Shown here piece after piece: positions 23,219 to 32,424 of a DNA stretch of 64,000 nucleotides. A program made the position numbers and the translations under genes. The DNA is taken from NCBI GenBank assembly GCA_965206645.1, contig CBDBKE010000003.1, forward strand, positions 704,001 to 768,000. The letters run 5' to 3'. The notes beneath the pieces are model-generated. The model did not search any database. It was given only the letters and a program-made list of their open reading frames with translations, and was not told the origin of the DNA. This DNA comes from Terriglobia bacterium. GTDB lineage: Bacteria; Acidobacteriota; Terriglobia; JAJPHL01; JAPKYU01. The number at the start of each line of letters is the position of its first letter. Position 1 is the stretch's first letter.

Positions 23219-23964
23219 CGAGTGAGCTTCCGGTAGTCCTCGGCGACGATATCAACCACGCGGCACATTTCTTGCAGACGGGACGTCACTCGCGCTCCCA
23301 GGCGCTCTTCGAAGGTTGCATACGTGCGGCGCTTTCCTGGCATGCCGCTCACGGGCTCCTCCTTCAGATTGGCCGTGAGTAGCGTGGGCTTCTTCTCGTT
23401 GTAGCGGTGATTGAGGAGGTAGTTGATAGTGTCTTCCACCCACTCGGAAACGCGGTTGGCTCCCAGATCGTCAATCACAACCACTTCGGTCTCCAGTACC
23501 GGCCGCATCACCTCGCGCTCGGCGGTCAGCGCTCTGTGGTCGTAACTGGACTGGATGCGCTTCAGCAGTTCCTGGTAGTCCAGGAACAGGACTTCGGCGC
23601 CCTTCTCGACGAGACCTTTCAGCAGAGCCACCGTCAGGTGGGTCTTGCCGACGCCGGTCTCCCCCATCAGTAGCAGGCCCTTGCCGTCCACCAGCGGGTA
23701 GTCGGCCAGGTACTGATCCACGACGCCTAAAGCTTTCCACAACGACTCGTTCCGCGGGCCGCCGCGCGGCGGGTACAGCTCAAAATTGGTGAAGGCGCAG
23801 GCCTGATACCGCGGCGGAATCCGCGCCGCAGCCAGTGCGCGCTCCAGGCGGGTCTGGGTGCGGCACTCACAGGGCTCCACGGCGTCGCCGGTTCCGCTGG
23901 AGCGCCAGCCGGTGCCCGAACACAGCGGACACGCCGCAGCCGCATTGCTCATCGGGGAAGCCAT
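23215..23964 (-). CDS. DnaC/IstB-like AAA+ ATPase with N-terminal Cys cluster (helicase-loader-like)
   Basis: CPLCSGTGW...PCEC, GETGVGKTHL, VVVIDDLG, RYNEKKPTLLTAN, SRLQEMC. Confidence 0.85.
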   Translation of the reverse strand: MASPMSNAAAACPLCSGTGWRSSGTGDAVEPCECRTQTRLERALAAARIPPRYQACAFTNFELYPPRGGPRNESLWKALGVVDQYLADYPLVDGKGLLLMGETGVGKTHLTVALLKGLVEKGAEVLFLDYQELLKRIQSSYDHRALTAEREVMRPVLETEVVVIDDLGANRVSEWVEDTINYLLNHRYNEKKPTLLTANLKEEPVSGMPGKRRTYATFEERLGARVTSRLQEMCRVVDIVAEDYRKLTR

Positions 23965-24070
23965 TTTACCCAATTCAAAACTGCTTTACAGCCAAGTGGA
24001 CCGCCCGGCGCGGTGATCCTCGAGCGCACGCTCCGCGAGGGAATCCAGCTTGCCAGCCTTCACATCCGCT

Positions 24071-24526
24071 TCAAACACGCTTGTGGATTCGTTGATCATC
24101 GGGGACTCTGCGCGAAAGCTTCCGCAGTTCGGAAACAGGAAACGACAACTGCTCCTTGCCGATGCCTTTGCGGTGGCAATACCGTTGAAATATTACATTA
24201 CCAGGACCGTTAAAGATTTCCTCGTATGTTCCGTCTTCAGCCAGTTTCAAGCCAAGATAGAAGTCGGGAACGGTCGTCAACGTAAGATGATCTTTGAACG
24301 TAGCTTTGATCTGAACTCGACGCCCGTCTGACGATTCTCCGTCGTGATTGGCCTGCGATGTCTTATTAAGTTTGACGTCGTATTCGCGAGCGGCAGTAAC
24401 CTCACCAATGTCGCCTACAAGACGTCCGTCGATTGTGAAGGCCCGGTTCGGAAACATCTTCTTGAGACGTTGAATCCCTTGGAATATGTCAGCCAAGGCC
24501 TGAGAGATGGCTTGGCGCTGAGGCAT
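24071..24526 (-). CDS. Orphan restriction-endonuclease-fold-like protein (DUF6998-like)
   Basis: FTIDGRLVGDIGEV...HDG...VQIKAT...EEIFNGPG; visibly AT-richer than its neighbours. Confidence 0.7.
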   Translation of the reverse strand: MPQRQAISQALADIFQGIQRLKKMFPNRAFTIDGRLVGDIGEVTAAREYDVKLNKTSQANHDGESSDGRRVQIKATFKDHLTLTTVPDFYLGLKLAEDGTYEEIFNGPGNVIFQRYCHRKGIGKEQLSFPVSELRKLSRRVPDDQRIHKRV

Positions 24527-24841
24527 GGGTGAATCCTATCATCATGGGGCTCGCCCGCGGCCGCTCAAGTCTCGCGAGGCCGAGCAGTGCGACAAACACG
24601 AACTGGAACTCCCGAAGAATCGCCACAACCCGATTCGTAAGCACTGCTTCGGCAGACATAGACAAAAACATGCGAAACCGCCAACTTTAGGCCCCTACAG
24701 AAATTATACCTGACCGGGATTCCTCCCTGCGGTCGGGTCGTTGCTGCCTTTTTTTTGGTGTGCTAGGATGGGCGTTTTGTAAGGTGCCAGGAAGATCTAC
24801 CGGGGCGGAGCCTTCCCTTCCCGCCCCAAGGAGCTTCTGCC

Positions 24842-26947
24842 TTGAAGGTGTATCACGGCAAAGACATCCGCAACGTCGGCGTGGTCGGCCACGGGGATGC
24901 CGGTAAGACCACGCTGGTCTCCGGGCTGCTCTACACGGCCGGCATTGTGACCCGGCTGGGCCGCGTAGACGACGGCAACACGGTGACTGATTTCGACGAA
25001 GAGGAAATCCAGCGCCGGGTGAGCATCTCGACCGGGCTGGCCTACCTGGAATGGAAGAAGGTCAAGGTCAATCTGCTGGACACGCCCGGCTACAACATCT
25101 TTTTGAATGACGCCAAAGGCAGTCTGGTCGCCGCCGATACCGCGCTGGTGGTAGTGGACGGGGTGGCGGGGGTGGAAGTGCAGACCGAAAAAGTGTGGGG
25201 CTTTGCCGAGGAGAACAGCCAGCCCCGCCTGCTGGTGATCAACAAGATGGATCGGGAGCGGGCCAGCTTCGAGCGGGCGCTGGAATCCATCGGCAACGTA
25301 TTTGGCCGCGCGGCCATTCCCCTCCAGTTACCGATCGGAGAAGAACGCGGCTTCCGCGGCGTGGTGGATCTGCTCCGGATGAAGGCGTTCACCTACCAGA
25401 ATGACGGTGACGGCAAGGGAGCAGAAGGGGAGATTCCCCCGGAGCTGGCCGAGGCCGCCGGGGCTGCCCGCGACAAGCTGGTGGAGATGATCGCCGAGGG
25501 CAAAGATTTGCTCATGGAGGAGTTCTTCGACCAGGGCACCCTGAGTCCGGAACATCTGCAGGAGGGGCTGCAGGAAGCCATCCGCGCCAGCAGGATTTAT
25601 CCCGTGTTTTGTGTCTCCGGCTATCACAACGTGGGCAACGACCTGTTATTGGATTTTCTGGTGGATTTCTTGCCCACCGCGGTCGAGCGCGGTTCGGTCT
25701 CTGGCAGCGTTCCAGGAGACGGCGCCGGGCCGCTCGCCCGGAAGCTGGCGGACTCCGAACCTGTTTCCCTCTTTGTCTTCAAGACCAGCGCCGACCCGTT
25801 CGCCGGCCGCCTCTCTTACTTCAAGGTCTACTCCGGAGTGCTGAAGAACGACGCCACCCTGGTGAATTTCAACAAGGGACACCAGGAGCGGCTTGCTCAC
25901 ATCACGGTGGCGCAGGGCAAAGATCATGCCGGAGTGCAGGAGATCCGGGCGGGGGACCTGGGGGTGGTCACCAAGCTGAAAGACACCGTAACGGGCCAGA
26001 CGCTGGGGGACAAGGCGGCCCCGATTCTGTATTCCCCCGTGAAGCTGCCCGAGCCGCTGATTGCCTTCGCCATCCAGCCCAAGTCGCGGGCCGATGAGGA
26101 CCGCCTGGGCCCCGCCTTGCACAGGATCCTGGAGGAGGACCCGTCACTGCGCTTCTACCGCGACCCGCGAACCAACGAATTCCTGCTAGCCGGGGCCGGG
26201 CAGCAGCACGTGGAGGTGATCGTCTCCCGGCTCAAGCGGCGCTACCACGTGGAGGTGCAGTTGAAGGCGCCCAAGGTGCCCTACCGCGAGACCATCCGCG
26301 GCACTGCCGACGTAGAAGGCAAGCATAAGAAACAAACGGGCGGCCACGGCCAGTTCGGCGTCTGCCAAATCAAGATGGAGCCGACGCCGCGCGGGGCCGG
26401 CTTCGAGTTTGTCAACGACATCTTCGGTGGGGCCATCCCCAAGAACTACATCCCGGCGGTGGAGAAGGGCATCGTCGAGTCTGCCCACCGCGGCTTTCTG
26501 GCAGGCTATCCGGTGGTGGACTTCCGCGCCACCCTCCATGATGGGAAGTATCACGATGTGGATAGTTCAGAGTTGGCCTTCAAGATTGCCGGTTCGCTGG
26601 CCTTCAAGAGCGCCATGAAGGAGGCCAAGCCCATCTTACTGGAGCCGATCATGAGCGTGGAAGTCCTCTCGCCGGACCAATTCGCCGGCGACCTCATGGG
26701 AGACCTAAACTCCCGACGGGGCCGCATCCAGGGCATGGAGAACCGGGGGACGCTCACGGTGATCAAGGCGCAAGTGCCGATGGCCGAGATGCTAACCTAT
26801 GCCACCGACCTGACCTCCAAGACCCAGGGGCGCGCCAGCTATAGCATGGAATTCTCCCACTACGACACGGTGCCACAGCAGATTGCCGATAAGGTGATCG
26901 CTGCCACGAAAGCGGCGCGTGCGGCCGAGGGAGAGGGAGAAGCATAG
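24842..26947 (+). CDS. Elongation factor G paralog (EF-G II type)
   Basis: GHGDAGKT, DTPG, NKMD, KKQTGGHGQF, YHDVDSSE, LLEPIM. TTG start after RBS AAGGAG. Stand-alone, outside the str operon. Confidence 0.93.
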   Translation: MKVYHGKDIRNVGVVGHGDAGKTTLVSGLLYTAGIVTRLGRVDDGNTVTDFDEEEIQRRVSISTGLAYLEWKKVKVNLLDTPGYNIFLNDAKGSLVAADTALVVVDGVAGVEVQTEKVWGFAEENSQPRLLVINKMDRERASFERALESIGNVFGRAAIPLQLPIGEERGFRGVVDLLRMKAFTYQNDGDGKGAEGEIPPELAEAAGAARDKLVEMIAEGKDLLMEEFFDQGTLSPEHLQEGLQEAIRASRIYPVFCVSGYHNVGNDLLLDFLVDFLPTAVERGSVSGSVPGDGAGPLARKLADSEPVSLFVFKTSADPFAGRLSYFKVYSGVLKNDATLVNFNKGHQERLAHITVAQGKDHAGVQEIRAGDLGVVTKLKDTVTGQTLGDKAAPILYSPVKLPEPLIAFAIQPKSRADEDRLGPALHRILEEDPSLRFYRDPRTNEFLLAGAGQQHVEVIVSRLKRRYHVEVQLKAPKVPYRETIRGTADVEGKHKKQTGGHGQFGVCQIKMEPTPRGAGFEFVNDIFGGAIPKNYIPAVEKGIVESAHRGFLAGYPVVDFRATLHDGKYHDVDSSELAFKIAGSLAFKSAMKEAKPILLEPIMSVEVLSPDQFAGDLMGDLNSRRGRIQGMENRGTLTVIKAQVPMAEMLTYATDLTSKTQGRASYSMEFSHYDTVPQQIADKVIAATKAARAAEGEGEA

Positions 26948-27092
26948 CCTGCGCGGGCAATCTTGTTAATCCTCTGAGCGCGCATTGCTTTCCGTTCTCA
27001 ACCGGCGGGTTCCAACCGGCTACCATCAAGATTCCATCCTTTTGGCAAACCTACACGCCTATTGGCGGGACACTACCCAGCAGGCTATTGGG

Positions 27093-27122
27093 TTGACCTG
27101 TGGCAATCCTGTGTAGTAAACT
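27093..27122 (+). promoter_or_regulatory. Putative sigma70 promoter of the lytic transglycosylase gene
   Basis: TTGACC-18 nt-TAAACT. Confidence 0.4.
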
Positions 27123-27205
27123 TTTTTGACGGATTGTAAACGTAGCGAGTGGGAAGCCAACCTAGTGGGAAGCAAACCTAGAGGGACAGCATTCTTAGAA
27201 AATTT

Positions 27206-29035
27206 ATGAAACGGGGAAGTGTTGTCCTCCTGCTTGGGCTAGTGTTCCTGTTGGTGGGGTTGTCGGGCTGCGAAATGCCCGGCAGAAAAAGGGTCCTGGT
27301 CGTTCCTCCCGTTAAACACATTCCTCCTCCTTTGCCTTTAAAGCCGGCCCCCGAGCTGGTGACCGAGAATGTGGTGGCGGCTTCGCCCGCGCTTCCACAG
27401 CCAAATCCCGCGCAGGAGCTGATTGTCCAGAGTGAGGCGGCGTATCAGGCGGGGGTCGCAGCGTATGAGTCTGGCCACCTGGAGCGAGCCAAGCGCGAGT
27501 TCGATCAGGCGGTGGACCTGCTACTGGAAGCACCAACCGACTTGGCGGCCGACGCCCGGATGGAGAAGCACTTAGAAAAGCTGGTGGACCAAATTCACAA
27601 TTATGAGCTGCTGGCTCTACAGGAGGGGGACGGCTTTACCGAGCAGCGTCCCGTGCCGGCTGCGGTGGACGAAATTGCCGACCTCACCTTCACCTTCTCC
27701 TCCAGCCCAATCCTCAAAGAAAAGGTCGAGCAGGAGGTCCGGGAAACAACCTCCGACCTTCCGCTGGTCATCAACGACCACGTGCTGGGCTACATCAATT
27801 ACTTGTCTACCCGGGGCAAAGGCGGCCTACAGACCACCTTGCAGCGGGCCGGCCGCTATCGGGCCATGATCTCCCGCATTCTGCGCGAGGAAGGCGTACC
27901 CCAGGACCTGATTTACCTAGCCCAGGCGGAATCGGCCTTTCAACCCTGGGCGGTTTCTCGAGCCGGGGCCCGCGGGCTGTGGCAGTTCATGCGCAGCCGC
28001 GGCCGCGAGTATGGCCTAAAAATCAACTGGTGGGTGGATGAGCGGCAGGACCCGGAAAAGTCCACCCGCGCGGCGGCTCGCCACTTGAAAGACCTCCATC
28101 AAGCCTTCGGGGATTGGTATCTGGCGATGGCCGCCTACAATTCCGGACCCGCCAGGGTGCAACGCGCGATTCAACGAACCGGGTATGCCGATTTCTGGGA
28201 GCTGCTGAAGCGCAACGTGCTGCCGCGCGAAACCCGGAACTATGTACCGATTATCTTGGCCATCACCATCGTGGCCAAAAACCCGGAAAAGTACGGGCTC
28301 GACCGTGTCTCACCGCAATTGCCGGTGGCGCTCGAGACGGTGACAATTTCCACTCCTACCGACCTGCGGCTGATCGCCGAGACCATAGATTGCAGCGTCA
28401 ATCTACTGCAAACCGTGAACCCCAGCCTCCTCCGGCTCGTTACTCCCAAAGGGGAGTTCGACTTGAAACTGCCTGCCGGGACGAAGCAGCGTTTCCTGGA
28501 GCAGATTGCCCGGATCCCGGAGAACAAGCGGGTGTTCTGGCGTTGGCACCGTGTGGCTCCAGGTGAGAGCCTCGGCAAGATCGCTGGCCGGTACAAGACG
28601 ACGGTGGCCGCCATCGCCAAAGTCAACGGACTGAAAGTCAAGGCTCCTTTGCCGGTGAACGCCAAGCTGGTGATTCCGGTCACCAGCAGGCAGGTGGCAC
28701 GCGCGGGGACGGTACGACTGCGCTACCGGATCCGGTGGGGCGATACCTTGTCCGAACTTGCCAAGCGCTTCGGTGTTTCCATCTCGAACCTCCGCCGGTG
28801 GAACCGCATCCGAGGCAGCCGCCTGATTGCCGGGCGCTTTCTGGTCATTTACGCCAAGCAGCCGGGCACGGGTCGCACGGTCTCCAGGCTGCGTTCGTCC
28901 AGCAAGGCGAGAGGAAAGGCGGTTCGCACTTCTGACGCCAACCACAAGGGAAACAATAGGTTAGCAAAGACCAGGACTTCCCCTGCCAGCCTTCCCCTGC
29001 CCCCTGTGACTGGAACGCGCCCCGCAGTTCGTTGA
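27206..29035 (+). CDS. MltD-like lytic transglycosylase lipoprotein with LysM domains
   Basis: Lipobox LSGC, AQAESAF catalytic Glu, GLWQFM, AAYNSG, ETRNYVP, two C-terminal LysM repeats. Confidence 0.92.
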   Translation: MKRGSVVLLLGLVFLLVGLSGCEMPGRKRVLVVPPVKHIPPPLPLKPAPELVTENVVAASPALPQPNPAQELIVQSEAAYQAGVAAYESGHLERAKREFDQAVDLLLEAPTDLAADARMEKHLEKLVDQIHNYELLALQEGDGFTEQRPVPAAVDEIADLTFTFSSSPILKEKVEQEVRETTSDLPLVINDHVLGYINYLSTRGKGGLQTTLQRAGRYRAMISRILREEGVPQDLIYLAQAESAFQPWAVSRAGARGLWQFMRSRGREYGLKINWWVDERQDPEKSTRAAARHLKDLHQAFGDWYLAMAAYNSGPARVQRAIQRTGYADFWELLKRNVLPRETRNYVPIILAITIVAKNPEKYGLDRVSPQLPVALETVTISTPTDLRLIAETIDCSVNLLQTVNPSLLRLVTPKGEFDLKLPAGTKQRFLEQIARIPENKRVFWRWHRVAPGESLGKIAGRYKTTVAAIAKVNGLKVKAPLPVNAKLVIPVTSRQVARAGTVRLRYRIRWGDTLSELAKRFGVSISNLRRWNRIRGSRLIAGRFLVIYAKQPGTGRTVSRLRSSSKARGKAVRTSDANHKGNNRLAKTRTSPASLPLPPVTGTRPAVR

Positions 29036-29218
29036 AAATCATGCTCCCCTGCCCGTCTGACTTTTTCCTGTGCCGCATCTAGTCTGTTCTTGACAGCTTG
29101 GTGGCAGTGGAGTTAATTTCGCGGGGAAAACGTTTATCCGCGCATCTGTTTGATCAAGGTTCTCGTTGATCAAGGTTCTCGGAAATCTACACCAAAGCGG
29201 TAGTGAGTGGAGCACATG

Positions 29219-29686
29219 ATGGCGATCGACTATCGGCAGGAGGAAGACAACGAGATGGAAGAGCTGGAACGAGGCTCCCAACATGAGGAAGAAGCGGAGG
29301 GGGAAACACTGGAACAAGAAGTGATCGGCGGCGTGCCTGAGCTGTTCCCACCTGCTCCCGTGCCTCTGCCAGCGCCGGCCGCTCCGGCACCCCCAAGGGT
29401 CCGGAGGGCAGCCAGGAAGAAGCCAGCCCGCAGGCCAGCCAGGAAGAGGCCAGCCAGGAGAAAGCCAGCCCGCAGGCCAGCCAGGAGAAAGCCAGCCCGC
29501 AGGCCAGCCAGGAGAAAGCCGGCTCGCAGGCCAGCCAGGAGAAAGCCGGCTCGCAGGCCAGCCAGGAGAAAGCCGGCTCGCAGGCCAGCCAGGAGAAAGC
29601 CGGCCCGCAGGCCAGCCAGGAGAAAGTCGGCTAGAGCCAGACCCAAGAGGAGAGCGAAGGCCAAGAAAACCCGGCGGCGGCGCTAG
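29219..29686 (+). CDS. Histone H1/protamine-like protein: acidic N-terminus plus Arg/Lys/Pro/Ala repeat tail
   Basis: Glu-rich first ~35 aa, Pro linker, (ARRKPARRP)x6. RBS GGAG. Hairpin 29690-29720 follows. Confidence 0.7.
   Translation: MAIDYRQEEDNEMEELERGSQHEEEAEGETLEQEVIGGVPELFPPAPVPLPAPAAPAPPRVRRAARKKPARRPARKRPARRKPARRPARRKPARRPARRKPARRPARRKPARRPARRKPARRPARRKPARRPARRKSARARPKRRAKAKKTRRRR
29453..29614 (+). repeat. 27-bp coding tandem repeat, six full copies plus degenerate flanking copies
   Basis: Unit GCCAGGAGAAAGCC(A/G)GC(C/T)CGCAGGCCA; differences between copies are synonymous. Confidence 0.95.
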
Positions 29687-29798
29687 GCTGAGCAGCGGCA
29701 GAACAAATCTTCCGCTGCTCACTGCTTCCCGATTGGCGTTCCGGCGGTTTTTGCTGCGGTGGGCTTGCTGAGCAGGTGGCTGAGCAACCTTCATTTAA

Positions 29799-31446
29799 CC
29801 CGGATTTCCTTTTTGAAAACGCAGCGGCAACCTTCAGCTAACCTCCAACGTCAATATTGATACTGGTTGCAGCATCAATCGGAGCGTTCGGAGGCGTAAA
29901 CCCAATGGGTGAGAGCGGAAAACAGGGATTTCAGCTGTCGTTCAACCGATTTCTGCGAGTCGGATTTCAGGGATCACGGGTGACTTCCAATGGTGGACTG
30001 ATTCTGGTCCGGGAGTTGGATGAGCGTCTGGGATTCAGCGAACTCATTGACGAGCACCTGACCGATTCGCGGGCAAACAATGCTCGGTTTTCTTTCGCGG
30101 ACTTGCTGCGGCAGTCGGTCTACAGTCGCCTAGCTGGATACGAGGATGTAAATGATACCGAGCGGCTGTCGCAAGACCCGACCTTTCGGCTGATTGGTTC
30201 AGAGAAGACTTGGGAACGAGGCGCGGCGCTGACCTCCAGGTTGCAAACTTTCGAGACGGAGATGCTGGCGAAGGTGGAGAACTTCGTCGGGTTAGCCCGG
30301 ATCAACCGGGAACTGATCGGAAAGGTCGAAGCCTTCCAGTGGCACTACCGAGCGGTGCTGGATATGGACTCAACCGAGATTCCGGTCTACGGGGAGCAGG
30401 AACAGAGCGCCTACAACGGGCACTTCGAGTCCACTTGCTATCACCCGCTGCTTTTGTTCAATCGAGACGGCGACTGTCTGGCGGCCCAGCTGCGTCCGGG
30501 CAACGTGCACAGTGCCGAGGGTTGGGAGAAACTCCTGTTACCCGAGATTGAGCGCCAGCAAAGAATGGGAAAAGAGATTGCGTTTCGGGCGGACGCGGCC
30601 TTTGCCAAGCCGGAGGTGTACGAGGCATTGGAGGAACGGGGTGTGAAGTACGCAATTCGCATCCCGGCCAACGATATTCTGCAGCGAGACATCGAAGAGC
30701 TACTGAAACGCCCCGTGGGAAGGCCCACCAAGAAACCGCTGGTCGAGTACAAGGGGTTCTTGTACCAGGCAGCCGGTTGGAAGACGGCTCGAAGGGTGGT
30801 GGCGAAAGTAGAGCATCATTCCGGGGAGTTGTTCCCGCGAGTGGGGTTCATTGTAACGAATCTGACGCTGCCGAATCGGGCGGTGGTGCGATTCTATAAC
30901 AAGCGCGGCACCGCAGAACAGTGGATCAAGGAAGGCAAGCAGGCGGTGAAGATGACGCGGCTCAGTTGCCACAAGTTCCGATCTAACGAGGTACGGCTTT
31001 GGCTGACGATCATCGCCTACAACCTGGGCAACCTGTGGCGACGGCTAGTGCTGCCACAGAGAATCGAGAAATGGTCCTTGACGAGCCTCCAGCAGCGGCT
31101 GGTGAAAACCGGAGGACGGCTCCTAAAACACTCACGGTACTACTGGCTCCTGCTGGCCGAGGGCCATTTGACCCGACGGCTGTTTGCCAGCATGCTGGGG
31201 CGGATCGATGGATTGGCACTCCCGTCGGGATAGCCTGGGCTACGGCACACAAGAAAACGATGCCGCTATCCCCCAGGTATGGAGAGTTGTCTGAAAAAGC
31301 TGGGTTTGGATGCTGATTGGACGGTTTTAGGGGACCCCGAAAGGGACGCTCGGAGCCGATGGTCCTCTCGGAGAAAACATTGTACTCGCTGGGACGCAGA
31401 TGCGTGTATATTTCCAATCGCCGGAAGGCCAAAAAGGAAATTCCGG
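29799..31446 (+). mobile_element. IS1380-family insertion sequence
   Basis: Terminal IRs CCCGGATTTCCTTTTTG (29799) and CAAAAAGGAAATTCCGG (31430-46) match 15/17. Flanks TTTAA / TTTAC suggest an imperfect target duplication. Single transposase gene. Confidence 0.9.
29905..31233 (+). CDS. IS1380 family DDE transposase
   Basis: VTSNGGLIL, AGYEDVND, LDMDST, YHPLLLF, LRPGNVHS, FRADAAF, FYNKRGTAEQWIKEGK, AYNL. Confidence 0.95.
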   Translation: MGESGKQGFQLSFNRFLRVGFQGSRVTSNGGLILVRELDERLGFSELIDEHLTDSRANNARFSFADLLRQSVYSRLAGYEDVNDTERLSQDPTFRLIGSEKTWERGAALTSRLQTFETEMLAKVENFVGLARINRELIGKVEAFQWHYRAVLDMDSTEIPVYGEQEQSAYNGHFESTCYHPLLLFNRDGDCLAAQLRPGNVHSAEGWEKLLLPEIERQQRMGKEIAFRADAAFAKPEVYEALEERGVKYAIRIPANDILQRDIEELLKRPVGRPTKKPLVEYKGFLYQAAGWKTARRVVAKVEHHSGELFPRVGFIVTNLTLPNRAVVRFYNKRGTAEQWIKEGKQAVKMTRLSCHKFRSNEVRLWLTIIAYNLGNLWRRLVLPQRIEKWSLTSLQQRLVKTGGRLLKHSRYYWLLLAEGHLTRRLFASMLGRIDGLALPSG

Positions 31447-31547
31447 TTTACGGCGCAAAAGGCAACGCTAGCCGTCCCGGGCTCTGCGGCTTGCTGGCGC
31501 AGGCGGAATACCCTTCCGCTTCCGGGCAGGAGTCGTAAGCTAGCTTG

Positions 31548-31769
31548 CTAGGCCGTTTCCACCGCTTTTTCCACCGCAGCCCGGCAACGGTGGTACAGTT
31601 TCAGCAAACTCTCAGCTGCGTCTTCGCTCTTCTCCGGCTTGGCCTGGAATCCTGCCGGGACAGCCGGGCGGTCGTATCCCGTTGTTATGGCGATGAACTT
31701 CATCAAGTCCAGGGCAATATCCTCCACCCGCCGCGTGCCCGATCCCACCGCAATGGATTCTTCCGGCAT
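31548..31769 (-). CDS. Small hypothetical protein (73 aa)
   Basis: RBS AGGAG; VEDIALDLMKFIAITTGY...LLKLYHRCRAAVE. Divergent from the phosphatase gene across a 26-bp gap. Confidence 0.7.
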   Translation of the reverse strand: MPEESIAVGSGTRRVEDIALDLMKFIAITTGYDRPAVPAGFQAKPEKSEDAAESLLKLYHRCRAAVEKAVETA

Positions 31770-31795
31770 GTGTGCTCTCCTAAAGATTTCGTCTG

Positions 31796-32314
31796 ATGGC
31801 GCACAGCTACTATACTTGCTGTGTGGAAGACTGGGAAAGCGTCGCGTTACGGGGACCGGCGCTGGACTACGACTGGGTAACAGATCGGCTGGCCGTGGGC
31901 GGCGCCATTTGGACCCGCAGAAACATGCAATTGTTGGCCGCCGCCGGCATCACCCATGTTGTGAACATGCAGCTGGAGTTCAACGACTCGCAGATCTCCG
32001 ACGGCACCGGCGTGTCCGTGCTGTGGAACCCCTGCGATGACGATTTTCTGGAAAAGCCACCGGAGCTGTTTCGGCAGGGAGTGGAGTTCGCCCTGCATGC
32101 CTACCAGGAGCCTGGCTCGCGGATCTACTTTCACTGCTCGGCCGGCGTTCACCGTGGGCCCATGATGCTGCTAGCGTTTCTGAGCGCCCAGGATATGAGC
32201 ATGGACGAGGCCGTGGCCCTGATCCGCACCAAGCGTCCCGGCGCCGACTTCCCCGCCGTCTACCGGAACAGCGTCGAGCGTTTCCTGGCCACCTACCGCA
32301 GGCTGTCCAAGTAA
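31796..32314 (+). CDS. Dual-specificity (Cys-based) protein phosphatase
   Basis: WVTDRLAVGG, GITHVVN, P-loop HCSAGVHR (CX5R). Confidence 0.9.
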   Translation: MAHSYYTCCVEDWESVALRGPALDYDWVTDRLAVGGAIWTRRNMQLLAAAGITHVVNMQLEFNDSQISDGTGVSVLWNPCDDDFLEKPPELFRQGVEFALHAYQEPGSRIYFHCSAGVHRGPMMLLAFLSAQDMSMDEAVALIRTKRPGADFPAVYRNSVERFLATYRRLSK

Positions 32315-32365
32315 CTGGGCTCGTTTTCCCGAGACTAGTCAGGCTTCCAGAATGGGCTGCCGATT

Positions 32366-32409
32366 CCGGAACTTGCCCCACTTGGGCCCGGAATTTGCCC
32401 CACTTGAGC
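32366..32409 (+). repeat. 22-bp tandem direct repeat upstream of the kinase (operator-like)
   Basis: CCGGAACTTGCCCCACTTGGGC / CCGGAATTTGCCCCACTTGAGC (20/22). Confidence 0.8.
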
Positions 32410-32424
32410 TAAGATGGCGCCGTC

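Noticed and set aside
23215-23964. IS21 element (IstB)
   Set aside because: No IstA transposase or terminal repeats, and the N-terminal Cys cluster fits DnaC-like loaders
29230-29664. Hydrophobic repeat ORF (AGFLLAGLR)n on the minus strand
   Set aside because: Mirror of the basic repeat protein; the plus strand has the RBS, a distinct acidic N-terminus and a downstream hairpin
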